Assembly: GCA_964106915.2 (NCBI GenBank)
Contig: OZ066914.1
From: Podarcis gaigeae
Lineage: Eukaryota
Length of the DNA stretch: 64,000 bases
Direction: 5' to 3' (one strand)
In this document: positions 38,798 to 48,794 of the stretch, one piece after another
How the letters are laid out: every line of letters begins with the position of its first letter
Position numbering within the stretch: the stretch's first letter is position 1
Notes under the pieces: model-generated
The model's database searches: none
Seen by the model: only the letters and a program-made list of their open reading frames with translations
What the model was told of the DNA's origin: nothing
Position numbers and translations under genes: made by a program

Positions 38798-39995
38798 TCA
38801 GAGGCAATATCCATGCCACAGGCTGCAATGGAAGCATATGGAACATGGTTACTGTCTGAAAGAATCCTGACTTTGCATCTTACATGCCTCCTCCACCTAC
38901 TGTGCCAAACAGCAGGCATGGGCAGCACAACAGCAGCAATTGTACATGTTTTACAGTCAGTAAGCAAATGATCTGTGGGGAGGCCACAGCTCTCAGCTTT
39001 CAATTCTAGGAAATTATTGGCCAGAGAGAAGGTGGCGAGTAGGAAAAGGAATACATAGGAAGGAAGTGGGGGAAAGGATAAGTGGGAATACCTGCTACTG
39101 AGCGTGTCCACATTTCTTACATGTAAGCCTTTTTAACCCTTTAAAATTTTTGTTGCCCCCTTAAAGTTGGGCCCTGAGCTGCTTTCAGAGACTCTAGTGA
39201 GCATAAGAATGATGGGCCAAAGTCATGTCTGGATGTGAGACAAGGAAGCCCCATGTAAGCTATTCGGTGCTTCCTAAAGCAAGTAAACTGTAAATACATA
39301 CTAAGGCTTCAGTGCTCAGTGCTTCAAATGGAGTCGTAGTAAATGATGTGGGTTGGAAGTACAGCAAAGGTGAAGCAAAAATCTCATTCTTCTGTAAGGT
39401 TCTCACACAACATGCAAGCTGACTGCCAAATGTCAACTTCGTAAGCGCCTCTGCTTCATGACAATCTTGGCCACTAGGACTTCCAACCATGAAATGGCCA
39501 GGACAGTCTGCCAAACACCCTGACAGAAGCTGCAAATAAAGGAGAACTTGTTCTTGGCAACTGATCCCTTTCCTATTCTAATCCCTGATAGGTGAGTTAT
39601 GGATTTTATACTTGACCTTTGCTAAGCTCATACTTCCATTTGCCCAGTTCATTTTGTGTATTACCTCTTGCGATACAGTACTCCTCATTCATACAGTTGT
39701 GAATAAAAGATGCCCAGAGCTTAGCCAAATTATCATGTGACCTGCTTAGCACTGCCATGGCCTTGCACCACCAAGCCCAACCTCAATAGTCTTCCTCTTC
39801 CAGATAGATCTCATTACCCTAGAATAGATGCTTCCACCCAGTGCCTGAGAAGGACAGAGCAGCTCTTCTATACTAACCTGTATGTAACCAGAGGGTCCTT
39901 GTTGTGCTTCTCTAGCAATTCCCGCACCATAGCAGGGGGGTTGAGACCCAGTAACTCTGCCCTCTCCCAGCGTTGCAAACGGGTGATTCCTATCA

Positions 39996-40043
<48 letters not shown>

Positions 40044-42360
40044 TATTATTTGTACCCCGCCCATCTGGCTGGGTCTCCCCAGCCACTCTGGGCGGCTTCC
40101 AACAAAGATGAAAGATACACTAAAATGTCACATATTAAAAACTTTCCCTGTCGGGAAAAAAGGTCTCTCAAAGTGGCCTCTTCAACACCAGCGATCTTCA
40201 ACCATCTTCCTTGCAAGTCTATTGCCACTAGATGGACTTGAGAATTAACTAGGAGTCCCCTTACCTGGTATGCTGCCACTAATTATAACGTAACACTTTA
40301 ACAGAGCATAGGGAGACTGGTCCCTGCCCCATGGAGGTATATCTATAATTGTGCATGGAGGGAGGCAGGGAAAACCTATGCTTTCATTGTAGTGATGTGT
40401 ACTTTGGCTCAGTTGTAGTAGCAGCATGATTGGAAGTTCTTACCTGTACAGGGGCCGTACTGCCAGCTGAGGTCAAATTGCTTTAGTGTCTCCAGCTGGT
40501 CTGGATGTGCAGCATCTTGGACTTCCTGGACTGTCACTGCATCTGATCAGAGAGAAATGGATGATCATCACTGCATTATGGAGAGCCCTTGTATGAAATG
40601 AGTGTGCAGGAAAGGGTTAACATAATTCTTTAGCCAACCCCATTACATTAGTTATCTCTGGTTTGCTCTACAACCCGTGTAACTCTGCCTGTGTTTTTTT
40701 AGCATCTCTTCACCCACACTTCAATCTCATGTAAATATGAACACACACAACATGTGCTGACTGAAGGACACAACACTAACATAATTAATCCATTGCTCAT
40801 TGAGAATGCTCTTCTGTGGAGGGTTCCCAGCTTTTTGGGAGTATATGTTTCATATAATTTTACTTCCTGCTAAATGATTTTTCAAATACTTCACTTTCAC
40901 AGCAATCCTGTGCAACAGTTCATCACCACTGTACTATAGCAACTTGCTAGCTAAGCAAGTGGCAAGCCTATTACTGATTAACCCTCACTTGCATAACCGT
41001 GGTATTGAGTTATGTGCAGATCCAACAAACAACCTAGGAGACGACCAAAGCAAGAGCGTGCAGGGAAAGAGTTTGCAAGAACTGATGTATTGCAAAGCTC
41101 AAGGGCCACTCCAAAGGGCATCCATCTACTCCCCACCTAAAGCTGCTGGATTTTCACCCTTTCCCCTCATTCAGATTATCTACCTATTGGTAACAGAGGT
41201 GTCACCTTGTGGTGAGTGGGCTTGCACATGCCTATGACCCTTGTGAGCGAAGCCGTCGGGAGTCTCGTACTCCCAACAGGGTCACCTAAGGTGGCAAGGT
41301 CAAAGGGGAAGAGCTAGACAAAGAATGATCCAAGAAGTCATCAACAACAGAGCAGGTGGCAGATAACAAGTGGCATGTTACATCAGCTGTGAAGGCGGAT
41401 GAAGGCTGCAGCAGATAAGACAGAGCCTTCCTGCGAAGCGTGCACTGATCTACACACATGAAACAAATTCACACACAAGCATCTTCCAAAAACCCATACC
41501 AAACCCAAACCCATAAAACTCCCATGGCGATCGGCAAATGGTAATGGTGTCTCCGAAAATTTTTACACATCACTTGGGAAGACAGGTGAACTAATGCCGG
41601 TGTACTGGAAGAAGCAAAGATCACCAGTGTTGAAGCAATGATTCTTCAGCATCAACTATGTTGGACTGGTTATGTGCGGATGCCTGATTATCGTCTTCCA
41701 AAGCAACTACTCTATTCCGAACTTAAAATGGAAAACGTAATGCTGGTGATCAACAAAAGAGGTTTAAAGACTCCCTCAAGGCAAATTTTTAAAAACGTAT
41801 AAAAACTGACAATTGGGAAACACTGGCCTGTGAGTGCTCCACTTGGAGAACAGCCTTTACCAAAGGTGTCATGAACTTTGAAGGTGCTTGAACTCAGGAT
41901 GAAAGGGAAAAACACAATAAGAGGAAGACACATTTGGCAAACCCTCACCATGATCAACTCCCACCTAGAAACCTATGTTTCCACTGTGTGGATCCAGAAC
42001 TGGCCTCACAATCGCTTACGGACTCACTGTTAAGATTGTGTTCTTGGAAGACAATCTTACTCGGCTACGGGAGATCGCCAAAGAAGAAAAAGGATTTACG
42101 GGAGCACGACCAAATCAGTTGCACTGGGCATGGAGCCTTGGGGGTGCTGCAGGGAATGCTGAAAGTATGATTTAGAATGAAGTGAGAGAGGTGAGGGGTG
42201 CTGAATTTTTGTGTCGCACCAGGTGCTGCTGAAATTCAAGCATCCCTTCCTAGCAATACTCACCGTGCAGCGGACTCTGAGCCTTCTTTGTTTCCTTACT
42301 GTCTCTTTTCCTCTTCTTCACCACTTGGAAGGAGTCTGTGATTAGCCGTTTCCTGCCCAT
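38798..42360 (-). CDS. POLD4: DNA polymerase delta subunit 4 (p12), 110 aa
   Basis: complement(join(38798..38822,39878..39989,40444..40542,42264..42360)) = 333 nt. Translation: MGRKRLITDSFQVVKKRK...QLETLKQFDLSWQYGPCTGITRLQRWERAELLGLNPPAMVRELLEKHNKDPLVTYSLWHGYCL*. The N-terminal PIP-box/degron and the FDLxWQYGPCTGITRLQRW signature of p12 are both present. Confidence 0.95.
39997..40147 (-). mobile_element. Short LINE 3'-end (L2-like) with (TAT)n tail abutting the POLD4 exon 3 acceptor
   Basis: GGAAGCCGCCCAGAGTGGCTGGGGAGACCCAGCCAGATGGGCGGGGTACAAATAAT(ATT)n on -; another copy of the family lies on + at ~13520-13630. Confidence 0.75.
41520..42090 (+). mobile_element. RTE-clade LINE 3' fragment in POLD4 intron
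   Basis: Degenerate RTE ORF C-terminus (ITWEDR*TNAGVLEEAKITSVEAMILQHQLCWTG..RMPDYRLPKQLLYSEL) ending in a short (GAA)-type tail; 41235-41520 may be further element sequence. Confidence 0.75.
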
Positions 42361-43049
42361 GATTCCATGGGGCAATGCTCACGGAGCATTAACAGGCTGC
42401 TCTAAACAAGGAGCTGAGGAGAAGCAGAGACTGTTAGACAAGCTGCTGACTAGGACCTTCAATCTCCAAATCTACTGTCCTAACACCAGCTACCAGTCAA
42501 AACGACTTTATTTCTGGGAGAAAAACCCCGCAAAAAGGTGTCTGGACTCTCCAAGCTGGTGGCCTTCTCCCATATGGAAGTTCTTTGCCTCCAAACACAT
42601 TAAAGAGCCTAAGTTTATGTAAAGGAGAAGTATATTCTGTGCATGGTCAGAGACCCTACACTCTTTATAAATGCATTTGCATTTTCCAGGACTGTGTGTT
42701 GACACTGAAAAATTCTCAGTCCGACTCCAAGGCAGGGCAAAATCCCTTCCCTGAGCGGGAGGCTATTCCTCTGTCAGGAAGTGCGACAGAATCTCTTGTG
42801 GTCCCCATCTTGGACTCTGCTTCCTCCTGCAGCCATCAAAGCAATGCACGATTCGGCCCTCTCCTCATCCAGACCTCGAGAACAGACTCCCCGGTTCCTG
42901 CTCTAACCACTGGTTACTCTCCCCCACACCCAAGAATCCAAGAGGCCTGGGGATCAAAACGATCCCTCCCCCTCACCCCTCTGAACAAATAGATACATCA
43001 CCCTCACGTTCCTTCTATAGCAGCCACGTTCCAGTTTTTGGACCCTTCC

Positions 43050-44030
43050 TTTCCAGACGCCCCCCCCCCCCCGCAGCCTTTTCGAGACGCCCCCTCGAGT
43101 TCCCTCCCCTAATGCCCAAACGCGGAAGGGTAGGAGAGTCTTTCTCCTCCTGTCACCCCGGAAAAACGGCTCCGCGAGATCTCAAGAAGCAGCTGCGTCC
43201 TTACTAGGAGCCGGGGGCTGTCCGTGCTCCCCCCCCCCAATGTCTCTTGGGGGCGATGCGAGGACTGCGGGGTGGGAGCTGCTGGCACGAACGGCTTTCG
43301 ATTCCCCCCCGGAGTCGCTCTGGGTCTCCCCGGAGCAGCCGCTTGTTGTTTTTGCACGGATCGGCCAATGGCAGCGCTGCTTTCGCTTTGCGTTCAAGGC
43401 GGCGGCAGCAGAGGAAGCGCCCCTGGCGGCCGATCCGGGGAAGGACGGCGGGTTAAGGCGTCGCAGGTGGCGCCTCTTGCTCTTCGGGACCCCGCTATTC
43501 TCCCGGCTGTTTCCTCGCTCCCCGCACTCCATCCCCCAGTCCCGCATCTATGCGCTCTCTTCCTTTTGCTCGAGAGATTTTGCCGCGATCAGAGGAGCAG
43601 AAGCCACAGAACCGCCAGAGGTAGCAACGAGACGCCTGCCGGTTAATAGTAAGGCACGGGGCATGTCCGGGCCAAAACGCTGATCCGGAGACGGACCAAG
43701 AAAGGAGCGGGGCGTCCAAACGAGGAAACGCCGCCATAGCAACTTGCCTGCTGCGCTAGCTTAGCCGCTGTTTGGGCAAGGAGTGGGGAAATGGAGCAGA
43801 AAATAAATGCTTTACCTGGAGACAGTTTTTCCCAAAATCACTGAACTAGAGAGCAGCTTCCAGCAGCAGCGGTCCTCTCCCTTATAGCTCCCTCGATCCC
43901 TGCTCCTCCGCGATCTCCTTCAGCACCACCTGGTGGGAGAGGCTTGCAGCCGGCAGAAGCTTCAGCTGAACCTCCCGTTCTATGGAAGCGGACTCGCCTC
44001 TTTTTCATTCGGAGAATCGGCCAATTAATC
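43050..44030 (-). promoter_or_regulatory. POLD4 CpG island, probable non-coding first exon (donor after 43816) and TATA-like/CCAAT motifs
   Basis: CpG-rich 43050-43760; CAG|GTAAAG donor on - at 43816/43815; CTATAAG on - at ~43881-43887; CCAAT at ~44021. Confidence 0.55.
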
Positions 44031-44058
44031 TGGATCATCCAGATCACATCCCACTGGG

Positions 44059-44800
44059 ACAGCTTTCAGAGATAAGGAAGCTTCTCTTGGCTTCTTTCAA
44101 AATCAATTGCATTATGAGAAGGATGAGTTCAGGAGTCACAACTGGGAAGCGTTAACCCCACCTCAGCCCACCCCACCCACACACGTTAGCTGCAACCTAT
44201 TGAAAATTTTCTCCATGCTGCTAGGCTTCAAAAAAGTGTCTATTGGTTGCAGTGGAAGGTGTGAGGATTTTAAGATCCTGTGCCAAGATTTGGAATTTGT
44301 GTTTCAAACGTGAATGCGGGTTCTGGGTCAAATTCTAGTTCATTTAAAAATCTTGGACTTAGGGGTACAGCCTGGAGCAGGAGTTCATTTCTACAGAAAA
44401 ATATAGTGACTGTTTCACAGAACAACAATTACAAACAGCATACAGGTGTCTTTTATTATTTTTATGTTTCCTTAAATAATAATAATAATAATAATTATTA
44501 TTATTATTATTATTTCTGAATTTCTTAGTCACTTTATCTTACACAGGGCAACCCAAAGCAACTTAAAAAGAAAAGAACAAGAGTGAGAACTAGTGCTTTA
44601 ATGAAAAATTATACTGCATTTTTTTTTTACCATTCTCCATTAATGAAAAAAGAAATTGCATTCAAAAATTGCAAAAAAGAGAGAAAAAATTCAGAGAATC
44701 CTCATGGGTTGGATGCAAAGTTTTTTTCTCCAATTGTTTTTTACATTTAGTTTACTCTCTATAGACCTTTCCTAATAAATATAAGAATTCTCTCATTATT
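44059..44800 (+). repeat. Third, more diverged copy of the GLYATL upstream segment (others start at 46384 and 59581)
   Basis: All three copies start ACAGCTTTCAGAGAT(A/G)AGGAAGCTTCTCTTGG and run co-linearly to GAATTCTCTCATTATTC. Confidence 0.88.
44476..44514. repeat. (AAT)n-(ATT)n self-complementary microsatellite
   Basis: An AAT run followed directly by its reverse complement. Confidence 0.85.
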
Positions 44801-44805
44801 CCCCT

Positions 44806-45145
44806 TCTCTGAATGAAAAAGAAACAAACCCATCACTACCCCAATCCTGGAGTTTGCTGTCCGTCTCTTAAACATATTGGTTTTAAAAAATATTTCACAT
44901 AAGGCACCTTAAGCCATATATCAAGAATGGTCAACCAGCCAAGCAATGGTCTAATGATATAATAGTGAAATATTAGCTTTTCCAATACTTTGGGGGGGGG
45001 GGGTTGGTTTGTGTGTTTGTGTTTTGTTTGTTTGTTCTTGCTTTTATTATGTATTTTGTGTTTTTATGTAGTTTTTTATGTTGTGAGACGCCCTGAGATC
45101 TATGGAAGAAGGGTGGGTATACAAATTTAAGAAATAATACATAAA
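44806..45145 (+). repeat. Orphan copy of the gene A 3' UTR/flank (paralogous to ~51837-52175)
   Basis: TCTGAATGAAA..AAACCCATCACTAC..GAGTTTGCTGTCC..CATATTGGTTTTAAAAAATATTTCACATAAGG..AAGAAATAATACATAAA occurs at both sites. Confidence 0.85.
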
Positions 45146-47876
45146 GCATTTAGAAGCCTGTTCTAGACATATTTAAAATTAAATTGAAATACATAGCAAA
45201 GCAGCTATTGCGGCTACTTTTCATATCCGATAAGAATTAAGGTTAAAGTTAGTCCTGATGGATATTCAGTTAGTCTAAAACACATTTTCCCTTCTGTCTC
45301 TTTTAAGTCAATCATAAGACTCTTTTTTCAGTCTCTTTGAGACAACACTTTGGACACAAATATATCTTGTTTGGATGCCATCACGATCTAAGCATACCTA
45401 CAGAGGCACCTGTAGGCAGGGCTCGTCATATTTATCTCTCCCACACGGTGCCCAGTTTCATCAAACACATACAATGCATTTGAGACAGACATATATCAGT
45501 GACGCAAATGCTGGTTGAGTTGCCTGTCGCCCCCTGCCCAATACTGCAGATATTATTATTTACTAAAGCATCACATCCATTTAATCATTCATTCACTTGC
45601 CTCACGTAAAGAGGGTAAATACCTTGTAAAGCATTGTAACATTACTAGGGATCTTTCATTCGGAGAATCAGCCGATTATTCTGTATCATCTGAATTACAT
45701 CCCACTGGGCCTGCGGCTGCAACCCAAGAAATAATTCTGTGGAGTGAATGAACCATTTAGTATAACATATACATAACACTACCATCACTCGTGCCCCAAA
45801 GCAAAGCCCCCCTTAGACAGACCAAGCTGGAGAAGAGACACACAGTAGCTGGGTGTTCAGCTTTGGTTTCTCATTCCTAATCTGCTTTTACCAACAGGAA
45901 GACCACAACAGCGTAGCTGAAAGCATGGTGGAGCATCAGTAGCTCTTATAAGACCATGTTTTTGGTCTATCATGAGCACTGAGCACTCCTATAAGCTCAG
46001 GAGCTGTGCCTTGTTGCACCTGTGTTGAAAATAAATCCCTAATTTCAGGCTGTGTACACACACCAACATTTAAAGCCTATTCACACATCCCAATAATCCT
46101 GGGAACTTTAGTTTACCCATTGCAAATTTTGCTCAATATATTGTTGTGCATGGCATACAACTTTTGAGCAGAATAATAAAATACAAAGTTGATTGGAAAA
46201 CAGAAGAATGCATAGCTTTGCAAACTGCTGTGCCTAAACAACAGTTTAAATTGCCAAATATGTTTGACCGGTTTTTCAACAGTGGCAAATACTGATAAAT
46301 TAATGCAGAATACACAGTGAACTGGTTCACACATAACTTTAAACCATAGTTATGGTTCCTAAGACTGGAAGCAGACCTGAGTAACAGCTTTCAGAGATGA
46401 GGAAGCTTCTCTTGGCTTCTTTCAAAATCAACTGCATTAAGAGAAGGATGAGTTCAGGAGTCACAACTGGGGAGGGTTAACTCCATACAAACACGCACAC
46501 TAGCTGCAACCTACTGAAAATTTCTTCCATGCTGCTAGGCTTCAAAAAAGTGTTCTATTGGTTGCAGTAGAATGTATGAGTATTTTAAGATCCTGTGCCA
46601 AGATTTGGGTCTGGAACTGTGTTTCAAACGTGAGTGCAGGTTGTGGGTAAAATTCTGGTTCATTTAAAAAGCTTGGACTTAGGGGTACAGCCTGGAGCAG
46701 GAGTTCATTTCTACAGATAAATGTAGTGACTGTTTCACCGAACAACACTTACATACAGGAGTCTTTTATTATTTTTATGTTTCCTTAAATTGGAAATTAT
46801 TATTATTATTTACTCAATTTGTTAGTCACTTTATCTTACATAGGGCAACCCAAAGCAACTTACAAAGAAAAGAACAAGAGTGAGAACTGGTGCTTTAATG
46901 AAAAATTATACTGCATATTTTTTCCATTCTCCATTAGTGATAAAACAAATTGCAGAGAAATCCTCATGGCTTGGATGCATTGTTTTTCTCTCCAATTGTT
47001 TTTCCCATTTAGTTTACTCTCTGTAGACCGTTCCTAATAAATATAAGAATTCTCTCATTATTCACCTTTACCACATTTTAAAATTTATCCCTCCAGAAAT
47101 TGGAAGATCAATAAAGATATCTAGTTTAATTATGCTTCACATAGAAACTAGAACATAAGAGCCTGCTGGATCGGGTCAATCAAGTCCAGCATCCTGTTCT
47201 CATCATGGCCAACCAGCTTATTTATATACATTTACCAAACAAAATATCTAAGATAAGTCATTCTATGTCAATATGTAAGTTCAAGTCCATCCAATTTATC
47301 GAAATATATTTCCTCACAAAATATCTTAGATACATCCTACAGACATAAGAATGAATTATTTCTCCAAGACAAAAAGGCAGCACAACAATATTCAAACAAT
47401 CTTCAAACCTGGTACAAGTACAGTTTTTCCCCCTGGCTAGCCCGAAGTGGATTTATTTAAAATTTGACATATGCTTAGAGTGTCAGTATCAGATTTGCTT
47501 TCCAACACGTTATGGAAACAATTCTAGCTGCCAATTCTAGCTGGTGGAAGAGAAATGTATCTTTATCAGAGATGCAAGTTGCTGGAAGTTTTGCAGCCAT
47601 GGAGGGAAAACCAGCTTACTTCAATCCCAAGCCCTACCAATACCCTCCCCAATGGTTCACTAATTGTAATTGACAACAGAACTATTTAAATAAGCCCTGT
47701 AGGTCTGTTAGACTTGTTACAGAATGATTAAGCCAATGACTGAACCCTCTTCTGAGTCCAACCTTCATACCCACGCATAAGCACGTTAATACTCAAGATC
47801 AGTTTTACGGATCATTTGAACAGCATGACAGGGACTGTCAGTAAATCATATATTGCTCAGGTGATCATTAACTGTT

Positions 47877-48131
47877 TACAGTGGACCCTCTGGTTATGAA
47901 TTTAATTTGTTTCGGGGGTCCGTGTAGACCCCAAAAATTCCGCAACCAGAAGCACCGCTTCTGTGCACGCATATGGCACGATAGAGCGTTTCTGCGTACG
48001 CACCCGGCGTGCAGAGCGCTTCTGCGCATGCGCAGGCGGCAAAATCCGGAAGAATACACTTCCGGGTTTGCCGCTTTCGCAACCCGAAGATTACATATTC
48101 AGAGCGGTATGTAACTGAAGCGTCTACTGTA
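47877..48131. mobile_element. Tc1/mariner-type MITE (duplicate copy at ~61804-62045)
   Basis: TA-CAGTGGACCCTC...GCGTCTACTG-TA termini; CpG-rich interior. Confidence 0.7.
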
Positions 48132-48324
48132 GTTTAAGTTGCCATTCTTCTTTAGCTGGGACTTTGCTTGCTTTTCAAATCCTCCATTATTTCCTTCAAC
48201 TCATCCTGGTGAAAGAAGCTGCAGCAAACCCACCTCATTCTTATCCAGGAACACAGCCAATTCTTCTGCATCCGTGGGATCCAATTCCACAAGGCCTGCG
48301 GCTACAATCGCAAGGAACGATTAT

Positions 48325-48443
48325 GTTAATGGTTCACTCACTCTAGTATAAATCCCCCCTCCTAATCATAGCAGTCCCTAAAGTTACCAAGCTGGAGAGA
48401 GGACTCCAATTGAAAAGGTCCGTGTTACTGTTTTGGACAGCAG
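48325..48443 (+). promoter_or_regulatory. TATA promoter and non-coding exon 1 of GLYATL gene A (second copy at ~62266-62384)
   Basis: HNF1-like GTTAATGGTTCAC at 48325-48337, TATAAA at 48347-48352 and donor CAG|GTGAGC at 48443; acceptor near 48733 precedes the ATG. Confidence 0.55.
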
Positions 48444-48794
48444 GTGAGCAGTGTAAGAGAGCTTCTTGCCTGTAGTTCACAAGAGAAGGTTTTTGTTCAT
48501 CAGAATTGAGCTAGAAGGAAGGCGAGGGCTTTCGTGTTACAGTTAGAAGCCCAGGGGGAGCTGTGCCATCTGACAATGGGGTGTAGACATAGGGGTTAGA
48601 TAAGCAATAATAAAAATAATTTTATTATTTGTACTCTGCCCATTTGACTGGGTTGCCCCAGCCACTTCAATTACATAGAAGACTTCTCAGTTTGGGGATT
48701 CTGGTGAGCAACAAAGAACTGATCTCTCTCCCAGGTGCTCATCACAGGCATTGTTTCTGCTGGTACCAGCCCATCCGCTTTCACCTCCCAAGCT

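Noticed and set aside
39868-40086. Poly-Leu / poly-Asn ORFs suggesting a signal or transmembrane segment on POLD4
   Set aside because: Translation of an intronic (AAT)n tail read through into exon 3.
43109-43742. Cluster of 120-147 aa ORFs in the POLD4 CpG island
   Set aside because: GC-content artefact; no recognisable domain or exon chain.
45515-45751. Identical 78-aa ORF at 45515 and 58711
   Set aside because: Identity reflects the recent duplication; non-ATG start and no domain.
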